Below are positions 39,907 to 49,735 of a stretch of DNA of 64,000 bases, in pieces (the stretch's first letter is position 1; each line of letters opens with the position of its first letter). This stretch comes from Nitrospinales bacterium (GTDB lineage: Bacteria > Nitrospinota > Nitrospinia > Nitrospinales > VA-1), in assembly GCA_965223795.1 (NCBI GenBank), contig CBDCXL010000002.1, forward strand, positions 448,001 to 512,000. The letters run 5' to 3'. The position numbers were made by a program, and so were the translations under genes. Below the pieces are notes generated by a model that worked only from the letters and a program-made list of their open reading frames with translations, did no database searches and was not told the DNA's origin.

Positions 39907-41049
39907 ATGCGTCATCACCGTATCATTGTGCTCGCGCTGACGTTTTTTCTCGCCGGCGGCGGGACGGCCCGGGCCGAAAGCGCGTTGAAGGTCCTTGAGG
40001 GTATCGAAATCCACGGATTTCTGTCCTCGTCCTACACGTTCAACTTCAACGAGCCCACCCGGCAGTCGCCCAATTCGGCCACCAACATCAACCGGATATT
40101 CGACAAGGACCACAACAGCTTCAAGCTGGACGTGGCCGAGCTGGTGCTGCTCAAGGAAACGCCCAACCGGGGCGATGTCGGATTCCGCACCGATCTCAAC
40201 TACGGATTCAGCATCCCGGAAGTCACGCAGTCCACGCCCGGACCCGGCGACACGCAGAACAGCGAATTCGACCTGCAGCAGGGCTACGTGTCCTGGAACG
40301 CGCCGGTGGGCAAGGGCCTGCAGCTGGATTTCGGTAAGTTCATCACGCATGTGGGCGCCGAGGTCATAGAGGGCTACGACGGCTGGAACTACAACTTCTC
40401 GCGGTCGTTTCTGTTCGGTCTCGCCATTCCCTTCACCCACACGGGTCTCCGGGCGGGTTACGAGATCAACGACAAGGTCAGCGTGATGGGCATGATCGCC
40501 AACGGCTGGGACAACACCACCGACAACAACAGCGGCAAGACCTTCGGCACGCAGATCGCCTACACGCCGTCCGACAATATCGGGCTGCTGCTCAACTGGG
40601 TGGTCGGCCCGGAAACGGCCAACTCCAACGACCTGCAGCAGGTGTTCGACGTGGTGCTGGACATCGGCCTCACCAACGACACGCTGTTGCAGCTCAATTT
40701 CGATTACGGCATCACGGACAACGCGGACGCGGACGGCAGCAACGCGGAATGGTGGGGCATCGCGGGCATCGTGCGGCACGACTACAACAAGTGGTTCTCC
40801 ATCAATCTGCGCGGCGAGTACTTCGACGATGTGGACGGCACGCGCGCCGGTTCCGGCGGCGGAGCCCCGGCCGGTCAGCAGCTGTGGGAAATCACGGTCA
40901 CGCCGGAATTCAGAATCAACCAGAACCTGATCGTGCGGCTGGAGTACCGGCACGACGAATCCACGGAAGCTGTCTTTTTCGATGAGAAACCGGGCGCCTT
41001 GTCCAAGAGCCAGGACACGGTAGCGGTCAACGGGATCTTTTATTTCTGA
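39907..41049 (+). CDS. Outer-membrane beta-barrel porin (OmpL/BBP2-like)
   Basis: Signal peptide, GKFITHVGAEVI..NYNFSRS, PFTHTGLR, NGWD, C-terminal aromatic YF. Confidence 0.85.
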   Translation: MRHHRIIVLALTFFLAGGGTARAESALKVLEGIEIHGFLSSSYTFNFNEPTRQSPNSATNINRIFDKDHNSFKLDVAELVLLKETPNRGDVGFRTDLNYGFSIPEVTQSTPGPGDTQNSEFDLQQGYVSWNAPVGKGLQLDFGKFITHVGAEVIEGYDGWNYNFSRSFLFGLAIPFTHTGLRAGYEINDKVSVMGMIANGWDNTTDNNSGKTFGTQIAYTPSDNIGLLLNWVVGPETANSNDLQQVFDVVLDIGLTNDTLLQLNFDYGITDNADADGSNAEWWGIAGIVRHDYNKWFSINLRGEYFDDVDGTRAGSGGGAPAGQQLWEITVTPEFRINQNLIVRLEYRHDESTEAVFFDEKPGALSKSQDTVAVNGIFYF

Positions 41050-41247
41050 TTCCCTCCCTCCTCCAATGCACACGCCCGCCGGATTCCCAGCCGGCCGGCT
41101 TCGAGGAGCGCATCATCGTTGTGTGTTTCGGGCCGGGCGCTGAGCGCCCGGCCACTTCCTCTTCTCCCCCGTCCAAGACAATGAATCCGGTTTGATTCCC
41201 CCGGCGGAAGCGGTACAATCATTGCTTTCCTTTTCTCTTGCGGGCCG

Positions 41248-41595
41248 GTGCTCACACAAGATCAAAACACCATCGTTTACCTGATGCTTTTGAACGGCAT
41301 CCTGTTTCTGGGGCTCAATTTCATCGCCTATTCGTTCGTGTTCCCCGGCCCCAAAGGCTCCAAGCGCGTGGGTTATGTGCTGCTGGTGGCGGCGGCGCTG
41401 GCGTTCGTGGTGCAGCTGGAATACCGCACCCTGCTGTCGCTGGATTTCGAGCCGCAGGCAGGCCGGCAGATCCTGCTGTTCGGCTTTGCGCTGCCGGTTT
41501 TCCTGATTTCGATAGTGTATTATCGGGTGAAGCGCAACCGCATGGAAAAAAAGACGCTCAAACACCCGCAAGAGATCTCTGATGGAAACGATTGA
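41248..41595 (+). CDS. Hypothetical 3-TM membrane protein
   Basis: Three hydrophobic helices; overlaps the ltaE start. Confidence 0.7.
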   Translation: MLTQDQNTIVYLMLLNGILFLGLNFIAYSFVFPGPKGSKRVGYVLLVAAALAFVVQLEYRTLLSLDFEPQAGRQILLFGFALPVFLISIVYYRVKRNRMEKKTLKHPQEISDGND

Positions 41596-42610
41596 CCTCA
41601 GAAGCGACACGCTGACCCAGCCCACGGAAGCGATGCGGCAGGCGATGGCCCAGGCCGTGGTGGGCGATGATGTGTACGGGGAAGACCCCACGGTGAACCG
41701 CCTGGAGCGCGCTGCCGCGGAAAAACTGGGCAAGGAGGCGGCGCTGTTCGTGCCCAGCGGCACGATGGGGAACCTGATCTCGGTGCTCACGCATTGCGGG
41801 CGTGGTGAGGAGGTGCTTCTGGGGGACCGCAGTCATATTTTCCTCAACGAGGTGGGCGGGATCTCCGCTCTGGGCGGAGCGGTGGTGCACCTCGTTGCCA
41901 ATGAACAAGACGGCACCCTGCCTCTGGAGCGTGTGGAAGCCGCCATCCGCCACAAGGAAATTCATTATCCTCCGACGGGACTGCTTTGCCTGGAAAACAC
42001 GCACAATTATTGTCTGGGCTCACCGCTCTCGCCGGAATACATGGACCGCGCCGGGGACCTGGCCAAGCGCCACGGCCTGAAACTGCACCTGGACGGCGCC
42101 CGCATTTTCAACGCCGCCGTGGCGCTGAAATGCGATGTGAAGGCACTCACGCGGCAGGCGGACTCGGTCATGTTCTGCCTGTCGAAAGGGCTGTCGGCGC
42201 CGGTGGGGTCTCTGGTCGCGGGATCGGAGGCGTTCATCGACCGGGCTCGCAAAATGCGCAAAATGGCTGGCGGCGGCCTGCGTCAGGCCGGACATCTGGC
42301 GGCGGCGGGCCTGGAAGCGCTGGAAAACGGCATCGGCCGGATCGAAGAGGACCACAAAAATGCGGCCCGGCTGGCACAGGGGCTGGCCCGGCTGCCGGGA
42401 ATCGAGATCGAGCCTGCAAAGGTGAAGACCAACATCGTTTTTTTCGGCATGAACCCTTCCGGCCGCGGCGATTTACAGGAGAAGCTGGAATCTTCCGGGG
42501 TGCGGGTGCTGATGACCGATCCGGGCGTGTACCGGGCGGTGCTGCACCGCAATGTCTCCTCAGAGCAGGTGGAGCGGGCGCTCTCGGTCTTTCAGTCGAT
42601 CCTTACGTGA
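41582..42610 (+). CDS. ltaE: Low-specificity L-threonine aldolase
   Basis: DLRSDT, GDDVYGEDPT, LENTHN, HLDGARIFNA, CLSKGLSAPVGS. Confidence 0.96.
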   Translation: METIDLRSDTLTQPTEAMRQAMAQAVVGDDVYGEDPTVNRLERAAAEKLGKEAALFVPSGTMGNLISVLTHCGRGEEVLLGDRSHIFLNEVGGISALGGAVVHLVANEQDGTLPLERVEAAIRHKEIHYPPTGLLCLENTHNYCLGSPLSPEYMDRAGDLAKRHGLKLHLDGARIFNAAVALKCDVKALTRQADSVMFCLSKGLSAPVGSLVAGSEAFIDRARKMRKMAGGGLRQAGHLAAAGLEALENGIGRIEEDHKNAARLAQGLARLPGIEIEPAKVKTNIVFFGMNPSGRGDLQEKLESSGVRVLMTDPGVYRAVLHRNVSSEQVERALSVFQSILT

Positions 42611-42635
42611 TCCAATCGGGCGGAAGACTTTGGGT

Positions 42636-42664
42636 TTGACACCCACGCGATGAAACATTAGAAT
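42636..42664 (+). promoter_or_regulatory. Sigma70 promoter of rpoZ
   Basis: TTGACA-N17-TAGAAT. Confidence 0.75.
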
Positions 42665-42711
42665 TTGAGGTTTGGAAGGCATCGTCAACCATTTGCCAAG
42701 AAGGGAATTCC

Positions 42712-42945
42712 ATGACCGTACAGGACAATATGGAACTTGCCAAAGAAGCGCTGGACGTCGTCAAGAGCCGCTATCTTTTGTGTATTCTGGTCGCCCAGAG
42801 GATCCATCAACTGGAAAAAGGCGCTCAGCCGACCATCGAGGTCGATCCTGAGGAGCTGGCCTCTCCCCGGTCGTTTTACGGCATCGCCCTGCGTGAAATC
42901 GTTGAGGGCAACATGGACCTGGAGCAGATCAGCGAAGAAGAGTGA
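42712..42945 (+). CDS. rpoZ: RNA polymerase omega subunit
   Basis: SRYLLCILVAQRIHQL...IALREIVEG. Confidence 0.88.
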   Translation: MTVQDNMELAKEALDVVKSRYLLCILVAQRIHQLEKGAQPTIEVDPEELASPRSFYGIALREIVEGNMDLEQISEEE

Positions 42946-43048
42946 CGCCCTGCCCTTTCCATTCCGCTGACTCCGCCTGATTCGCACTTACAACGAACCT
43001 TTTGCACGGTTTCGCACACCGGGTTTAATTTTTTAAATTCAAGCAAAG

Positions 43049-43085
43049 AAAAAAGCCCGCCTCGATGAGGCGGGCTTTTCTTTTG
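43049..43085. terminator. Bidirectional rho-independent terminator
   Basis: AAAAGCCCGCCTC-GAT-GAGGCGGGCTTTT between convergent genes. Confidence 0.9.
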
Positions 43086-43107
43086 AACCTGTTGCTGATT
43101 CCCAGGC

Positions 43108-44838
43108 TTACGGGATGATATCGCGTTTGACTTTGCCTTCGTCATACATCTTCCGCGTACGCTTGGTCATCCACACCAGCCAACCCTGCAGTCCGACGAA
43201 AACGACTGCCATGATCGGAGGCATGTAGTACAGGGACTTGGGAAGCGCCGGCTTCAAAATGGTGTAGTACCACGTTGAAATTGCCATGTGCTCGTCTTTT
43301 TCCTTGTCCCTGCCGGCCCACTGCATGAAAGACACCGGAATGAACTGTTCGGCAGGAATCTGCACGTCCGTTTCGGTGTGTTCGTTGGTCAGCGTCCGTT
43401 TGACAAGGATTTTGACACGGCCCTGATGGAAAATCGAATCGACGATTTCAACCGTCGGCGCGTGTTCTTTCGGAGTCAAGGCATCGAAACCGTTGCCGTT
43501 GAACTCCTCCACCTTGGCATCCAACTGATAGCCTGCTTCGTTGGGCGGGTTGGTGGCGTTGTAGTCTTTGGTCAAGAAATTAACCTTCCAGACATCCACG
43601 GGCTTTTTGGAATCGCCGAAGATGAAATACGGCTTTTCCGCACCGAACAGATCCTGAAGCTTGGCGGGCCACTGCATGGCCACCGCATCGGGATACTCAG
43701 AATCCGTGGACATGAAGCGCTGGTGGTACTCGATCAAAAAATAAACCGCGCCTTCCTCGGCACTCCAGCGGGAAGAAATCCAGAGATTGTCCACCTTGGG
43801 ATCGAAGTTCCGGTTGCCGCGGGTGATCTGACCGGCCAGGGCGACGTAGTTCTTCCTGGGATTGCCTTCCATCTCCTCGGGCCATGCTTTGATCTCCGGA
43901 TCGTCGTCGGGAGCGGCCCACATGGGATCGTTCATATCCGTGGCCACTTTACCCTCGGTGTATTCGGAACTGATGAGGAAGTCCGGCACCGGTTTGTTGG
44001 TCAGCTTATCGATCTTTTTACGCGGACACAGGGAGTTGACGAAAGCCGCCAGCTTCCACCGGTCCTCAAGGGTGATCTGGTCCTTGAAGTTGGGCATCGG
44101 CGTTCCGTTCAGACCGGTGGAGATGGTGCGCACCACGTTGAACGGATCGAAATGCTGCCGCCGGCTGCCGCGGAAGTTCCAGCACTGCTGCCAGTCGGCC
44201 GCAAGGATCGGGAAGCCCCAGTCGTCCTTCATGGTGGGGTTGCCGTCTCCGCGCCCTTCGCCGCCGTGGCACTCAAAACACTTATTTTTGATGAAGATCT
44301 CTTTACCCGCATCGATGTCTTCCTGGGGGATGCCCAGATGATACGGCCCCACGGAATTCCAGGGGTTTTGCCCGAAATCCTGCTGAAAGAGCTCTTCGTC
44401 TTCAGAGTCGTTGAAATCACGGTCCTGAACCAAGGTCTTGACAAAGTTCACCACCGCGACGATTTCATCCTCGCTCAGGATACCCTGCCAGGGAGGCATC
44501 GCCGAACCGGGCAGTCCGTTTTTGACCGTACGGATGAGGTCGTCTTCCAGGGGAAGCTCACCGGAATCGGTCCAGCGGATTTTGAAGGTACCCTGAATGA
44601 AGTTACGGGGACGCGTGAACAGACGGTCCGCCGCCGGTCCGTCGCCGCCGCCTTCAACGCCATGACACCAAACGCAACGCTTGAAGTAGGTCAATTTACC
44701 CAGCTCAAGCAGGTCCTCCTTGACAGGATCCGGCGCCTGCTGGGCGAAGAGGCTTCCCGGCGCGCAGATCAAGGCGATCACGGCAAAACACAAAAGCCAT
44801 TTCATCGTTTTATTCTTATTCATGACATCCTTTTCCAT
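43108..44838 (-). CDS. Di-heme cytochrome c with EbdC/DOMON-like C-terminal domain and membrane anchor
   Basis: Signal peptide, CVWCH and CFECH, GLPGSAMP, GLNGTPMP, PDAVAMQWP, C-terminal TM. Confidence 0.88.
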   Translation of the reverse strand: MEKDVMNKNKTMKWLLCFAVIALICAPGSLFAQQAPDPVKEDLLELGKLTYFKRCVWCHGVEGGGDGPAADRLFTRPRNFIQGTFKIRWTDSGELPLEDDLIRTVKNGLPGSAMPPWQGILSEDEIVAVVNFVKTLVQDRDFNDSEDEELFQQDFGQNPWNSVGPYHLGIPQEDIDAGKEIFIKNKCFECHGGEGRGDGNPTMKDDWGFPILAADWQQCWNFRGSRRQHFDPFNVVRTISTGLNGTPMPNFKDQITLEDRWKLAAFVNSLCPRKKIDKLTNKPVPDFLISSEYTEGKVATDMNDPMWAAPDDDPEIKAWPEEMEGNPRKNYVALAGQITRGNRNFDPKVDNLWISSRWSAEEGAVYFLIEYHQRFMSTDSEYPDAVAMQWPAKLQDLFGAEKPYFIFGDSKKPVDVWKVNFLTKDYNATNPPNEAGYQLDAKVEEFNGNGFDALTPKEHAPTVEIVDSIFHQGRVKILVKRTLTNEHTETDVQIPAEQFIPVSFMQWAGRDKEKDEHMAISTWYYTILKPALPKSLYYMPPIMAVVFVGLQGWLVWMTKRTRKMYDEGKVKRDIIP

Positions 44839-44878
44839 AATTGATAAAGGTTAATGAAATCGTTACGAGATCACCCGA

Positions 44879-45889
44879 TCATCCACCACCGCCGGTCCGG
44901 CCTTCTTTTTCAAACTGACCCACGTAGGATTCTTCGGTGTCGAATGTTCTCGGATGCCATCCGGTGTACCAGTATTCGAACAGGATGACCTTCCAGATCT
45001 CCTCGGTCGTCAAATGCTCTTCCCAGGGGGGCATTGCAGATGACCACGGAGTGGATTCGTTGGGAAGTCCCGGTCCGCCTTTGGACACACGCCAAAATAA
45101 GAATGATTCCCTCAACATCGCGATCGTTCCCGGATCGACAAAGTTTGCAGGAGTCGGATTGAATACATGGGAAAACATGCCGATGCCGTTGAGCTGATCG
45201 CCGTGGCAATAATGGCAGTTCTCGAAGAATACCGTACCGCCTTCGGTCACGTTTTTCATGTACTCGAACTTATCCACATCGAGAAAAGGAAAACTGTTTT
45301 TATAGTTGTCCTGCTCGTCGATCCGGAATGGGTTTCTGGAGGTTTCCAGGACGTAAGTCTTGCCATGCACCTTGGTGGAGGCCGGAGGTGCGGGATGCAC
45401 CGTCCTCAATTCCACTGGTTCCTGGAATGTCGGGTAAATGGCTTTGTAGGTCGCGAATCCCACGAGAATCGGCAGCAACGTGAAGACGAGGATGCGTGCG
45501 ATTTTGTAATCGCCGACGATCGTTTTCACGATGGGTTTGCGGAACTCACGGAACGTGATGGGATCCTGACTGATGTACAAAAAGGTGCCGATGGACCAAA
45601 GCATCATGTAGGTGATGAAGAGGGTCCAGGGGATCGGCGGATACAGTACATATTTGTAGAAGTACCACCCCATCAACCACACCGCCAGGGCGTTCAAGGA
45701 GATGGGTGGTTTCAGTCTCAGCGCAATATTGATCGCGATGATCGCTGCGCAGAGAAGAATGTAATACGTGTATCTGTTGAACACCCACGAAAATTCCTCG
45801 ATCACGAAGATCTGCTGGAACAGGAAATTGTGGAACACCAGAATGGTGCCAACAAATACGAGGAAACTGACAAAAGTCTTGTTCATCAT
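44879..45889 (-). CDS. Membrane-bound mono-heme cytochrome c
   Basis: Several N-terminal TMs, CHYCH, SAMPPWE. Confidence 0.88.
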   Translation of the reverse strand: MMNKTFVSFLVFVGTILVFHNFLFQQIFVIEEFSWVFNRYTYYILLCAAIIAINIALRLKPPISLNALAVWLMGWYFYKYVLYPPIPWTLFITYMMLWSIGTFLYISQDPITFREFRKPIVKTIVGDYKIARILVFTLLPILVGFATYKAIYPTFQEPVELRTVHPAPPASTKVHGKTYVLETSRNPFRIDEQDNYKNSFPFLDVDKFEYMKNVTEGGTVFFENCHYCHGDQLNGIGMFSHVFNPTPANFVDPGTIAMLRESFLFWRVSKGGPGLPNESTPWSSAMPPWEEHLTTEEIWKVILFEYWYTGWHPRTFDTEESYVGQFEKEGRTGGGG

Positions 45890-45900
45890 CCTCTCCTATA

Positions 45901-47262
45901 TTAACCCTCAGGTGGCGCTTCGGTTTCACTGATAAAATCCACCAGTTTGTCCAGTGCTGTGACGGAAAGCTGGTTGGCGAAGGTGGTCGGCATCAATCCG
46001 TCCGGATACGATTCGCCCGCTGCCTCGTTGAAGACGACAAAGGCGCCGGGATTGAGGATCGATTCCCTCACGTATTCCTTCGTGTTGGTCGCGCTTCCCT
46101 TGTAATTGGGGTCCTTCATGCGCTCGGGGGCATTGGTCTTCTCATGCAACGGCGGACCAAGCTCGCCCACCGCTCCCTCGACTCCGGGAATGGTGTGGCA
46201 CAGCGGACAACCCAACGTGTTGATCATCTGATCGATCGGCTCGGTGCCGTCGACGAAGACACGTTCATCCCCGCCACCACCGTCTGCCGGAGCTTCAGCC
46301 ACAGCGGGCTGATCCGTGGGCAGCGGCACGGTGACCTTGGAGAAGTCGCCGGGGGTTTCCCGCGACTGCAGCCAGGCGATGACCGCGTTGACCTCGATCG
46401 GGCTCAAGCTGATCGGCGGCTTGGTGATGACGGGCATCGGACTTTTGACATCGCCCGCGCTACCGAAGCCTTCGACCACGTAACAAGAGGGACACATCAT
46501 GGATTCGCGGATGTAATCCTCGCTGGTCATCTCTTCTCCGGCATCGGCACGGCGGTACTCCGCCTGAACCTCACCGGGTTTGCCCTTGATGACCCCGGTT
46601 GCGGGGTCCTTTTCACCAATGGCAAACGGACTGTTTTTATAACGGTCCTCCGCAACCCGTTCGGCACCGCGTTCGGCGATCCCAAACAGGTTCGGGCAGC
46701 GGCCGATGTGATCGGAAGACTCGAAGGTGTGACAGAGCGGGCACTGGCCTTTGCCAATGGATTTCTGACCGGCGACCTGCTCGGCGCCGAAGATGATGAC
46801 CCGGCCCATTTCCGCGTACTCTTCCATCGTCAGGTTCGACGTGTCGAGAGCCACTTCCTTGGGCGGCGGATCACTTCTCTGCTGCGGCAGCCAGTTGGTG
46901 TAACCGGCCAGAAGGACCGACACCGTCGTCCAGAAGAAAAACGCCCGGATGAGCGGCGGCGACTGGTGCTCGACCTTCTGGTTCTTGAAGAACATGCCCC
47001 AGGCCAGAAGGATGACGAAAACGGTCAACACCTGGTACTTGAAGAAGAAACCGATCTGCTCGGTCTGCACCAGGTCAAACATATGGACCGTTTCCCAAAA
47101 GCTCAAGAGTGCCAACACACCGAAGAGCGTTCCCCACACCTTGGCATTCACCGCGTCGTTTTCGCGGCAGTGCTTGATCACACTGCCGAAAACGAAGAAC
47201 GCGAATCCTGTGTACGCCAAGGTGAGAAACGTCCACAGTATGTCTTGCTGTTCAGGTAGCAT
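45901..47262 (-). CDS. Membrane-bound di-heme cytochrome c
   Basis: N-terminal TMs, two CPLCH motifs, YIRES/YVRES and MP motifs. Confidence 0.88.
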   Translation of the reverse strand: MLPEQQDILWTFLTLAYTGFAFFVFGSVIKHCRENDAVNAKVWGTLFGVLALLSFWETVHMFDLVQTEQIGFFFKYQVLTVFVILLAWGMFFKNQKVEHQSPPLIRAFFFWTTVSVLLAGYTNWLPQQRSDPPPKEVALDTSNLTMEEYAEMGRVIIFGAEQVAGQKSIGKGQCPLCHTFESSDHIGRCPNLFGIAERGAERVAEDRYKNSPFAIGEKDPATGVIKGKPGEVQAEYRRADAGEEMTSEDYIRESMMCPSCYVVEGFGSAGDVKSPMPVITKPPISLSPIEVNAVIAWLQSRETPGDFSKVTVPLPTDQPAVAEAPADGGGGDERVFVDGTEPIDQMINTLGCPLCHTIPGVEGAVGELGPPLHEKTNAPERMKDPNYKGSATNTKEYVRESILNPGAFVVFNEAAGESYPDGLMPTTFANQLSVTALDKLVDFISETEAPPEG

Positions 47263-47311
47263 TCCTTTTTCCCCTCCTAAATTAGGGTTCTATGTTGACC
47301 TTAATAACCCG

Positions 47312-49288
47312 TCACTGTTGCTGTTGAGCCGGTACCGGCACGCCTTCCGTGACATCGGCCTCTTTCTTTTTGGCCGTCAACGAAGCGATCCAGAAGACGA
47401 TGACAAACTGCACCCAGACGAACAGGGTGTTGAAGGTAAGGATCTTACCCGCTTCACCGATGGTCAGGGTGTAGGCGTCCGGAGAGTTATCCCGCACAAC
47501 TTCCGTCACGTGCCAGAACAGGCGCACTGCGGAGCGGATATAACCCATGAGACCCATCAGCCAGGTAAATGAAATTGCCAGAAGGAAGATGGCGTAGGTG
47601 CCCACTTTGGACTGGGTACCCCATTGAATCTCGCCATAGGACTCGGAATCCTTGAACATGGAAATATTGATTGCCGTTCCAGCAAACAGTGTGGTCAGGG
47701 TTGTGGTGACCTGAGGAACGGAGAGTCCCACCCTCTGGTTGGCGGGGAGAAAGTAACCATAGACGCCGAGGAAGATGATGTTGATGGCCGCGCCGACAAA
47801 AATGGCCGCGATCCAGCAGTTACCCACGGTCGCCCAGGGAACGGTGATCTTCTTGTTGGACCTCTGGTACAGCAGAAAACACAGAACGGTACAGGTGATC
47901 ATCAGGTTCACCGCTGTGTTCTTCGCCGACATGACGCCAAAGTGTCCGACAATGGGATGCTGTGCGCCACCCATTGCCTTGAGTTCCGCTGGCGTCATCA
48001 CGATGGTGTGCGGGGTCATCCACATGGTGAAGCACACGATCAACAGCAGGACCATGTACTTACAATACTTCATGTAGCGGTGCGACCCCTTGACGCGCGA
48101 CATGCCGTTATGCAGATACGAGTTGGCTCCGAAGAACAGCAATCCGATCATAACGGCCTGAATGATGAACAGCCATGCCATGATGCCGCCCATCAGGGTG
48201 ATGCCCATCTGCTGCCGGAACGCGTACACTTCTTTCATGAGCCAGTAGCCCGCGAACGGCAGAGGGATCAAACCGAAAATCGCGATGAACATCGCGACGT
48301 AACAAACCCAGTCGTAATGCGCTTTCTCCTCTTCGGTCTTGGCGGTCAGGTAATGATAGGCCGCGTACGCGCCGACGATGCCGCCGCCGAACACGATGTT
48401 GCCGAGGATCCTGTGAACGCCGACCGGGTTCCACAGGGTGGAGTGAATGACATGCCAGATGTTGCCGAGGAACCGGCCCTGCTCATCGATGCCGCCGGGA
48501 GCCTGCATGAAGGTGGCCCAGGAGTTGGCGAGGTACATGAGAACCGTACCGACCAGGTTGAGCAGAACGGAAAGCGAGCAGTGGATCCACTTCAGGAACA
48601 TGTCGTCTTTCATTTTGTCCCAGCCGTAGTAGTACACATACAGGATGCCGCTCTCGGCGAGGAACATCAGCGCATAAACGTGCATGACAGGCCGGAAAAT
48701 GCTTGCCATGTATTTGAAGAATCCGGGGAACAGAGTGATGAAGGTGAAGAGAAGGATACCGCCGAGAATCGCGGTCCAGGAGTAAGCGGTGAGGCTGACC
48801 TTCATCAGGTCGTGAGACAGCTTGTCGTACTTCTCGGACATGATCGGATCGCTCTCACGGGTACGAATACCGATGAATTCGATGATCATACAGAAGATCG
48901 GCACCGCGAGAACAAAGCTGCCGAAGTAAAGGTGCTGCTGGTTGGCGATCCAAAGGATCATGCGGCTGGGAGCGAATTCATACGCATTGTAATCGTTCTC
49001 CGTCAGCTCGGGAGCGGGAGGACCGCTCACAGGCCCCTTCAGAGGGTTGCCTTCCCAGTCTTTGTAAAAGACGTCCTGACTCCATTCAATCTCAGGCTCG
49101 CCCTCTCCTTCCGCCGCTTCTTCCTGCGCGCTCACTTCCTTCGCGAAGGCTTCTTCAGCGAAAGCCTGTCCTGCGTATGCCTCTTTGGCTTGAACCTCGC
49201 CGACCATACCCGGTAACAGGTAAATTCCTAAGGCCAGCATCAATCCAAATAGGAACGCTCCGTTTCGTCTCGTCTGTTTCCCCAGCAT
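47312..49288 (-). CDS. Cytochrome bd subunit I (CydA)-like membrane protein
   Basis: QQHLYFGSFVL, YYYGWD, ANSWATFMQAP, VHRILGN, MGYIRSAVR; over 10 TMs; GGAGG RBS. Confidence 0.85.
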   Translation of the reverse strand: MLGKQTRRNGAFLFGLMLALGIYLLPGMVGEVQAKEAYAGQAFAEEAFAKEVSAQEEAAEGEGEPEIEWSQDVFYKDWEGNPLKGPVSGPPAPELTENDYNAYEFAPSRMILWIANQQHLYFGSFVLAVPIFCMIIEFIGIRTRESDPIMSEKYDKLSHDLMKVSLTAYSWTAILGGILLFTFITLFPGFFKYMASIFRPVMHVYALMFLAESGILYVYYYGWDKMKDDMFLKWIHCSLSVLLNLVGTVLMYLANSWATFMQAPGGIDEQGRFLGNIWHVIHSTLWNPVGVHRILGNIVFGGGIVGAYAAYHYLTAKTEEEKAHYDWVCYVAMFIAIFGLIPLPFAGYWLMKEVYAFRQQMGITLMGGIMAWLFIIQAVMIGLLFFGANSYLHNGMSRVKGSHRYMKYCKYMVLLLIVCFTMWMTPHTIVMTPAELKAMGGAQHPIVGHFGVMSAKNTAVNLMITCTVLCFLLYQRSNKKITVPWATVGNCWIAAIFVGAAINIIFLGVYGYFLPANQRVGLSVPQVTTTLTTLFAGTAINISMFKDSESYGEIQWGTQSKVGTYAIFLLAISFTWLMGLMGYIRSAVRLFWHVTEVVRDNSPDAYTLTIGEAGKILTFNTLFVWVQFVIVFWIASLTAKKKEADVTEGVPVPAQQQQ

Positions 49289-49735
49289 CACTTTGACCTC
49301 CTTTTGGACCCCGTCGGGCCCTCCAAAAATTTGGGAAATCTGGATCATATTTCTAAAAAAATTCTAAAAAAAAGTTTGCAGCAAACTGGACTTATTGTGA
49401 CTCAAATTCTATTTCAGGATAACCGGTTTATTGATGACACTCGACTCTTTTAAAACCCGTTCAAAAAGGGTGTTTTTTGACGACTCAGAAACTGTTTTTT
49501 TCTCCACAACCACCAAATGAAATAAGCCCGGTTAAAATGGCAACAATCCGCACGCTGCCATCCCAGACACCGGTCTTTTAACTGTTGATTTTTTATGAAC
49601 TTTTGCGATTAATCCTTAAATTTGCCTCAGCGCGTTTTCGGCCCAGACTAATGGAAATTTTCGCATTATTTATCATAGGCATCTGGGCATGTCAAGATAA
49701 TTTAAAATTGCTATGAATTACTAAAAACAGGGTTC

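Noticed and set aside
49431..49444. FNR-like box TTGAT-GACA-CTCGA upstream of the bd-like operon
   Set aside because: Two mismatches in one half-site within AT-rich DNA; not distinguishable from chance.
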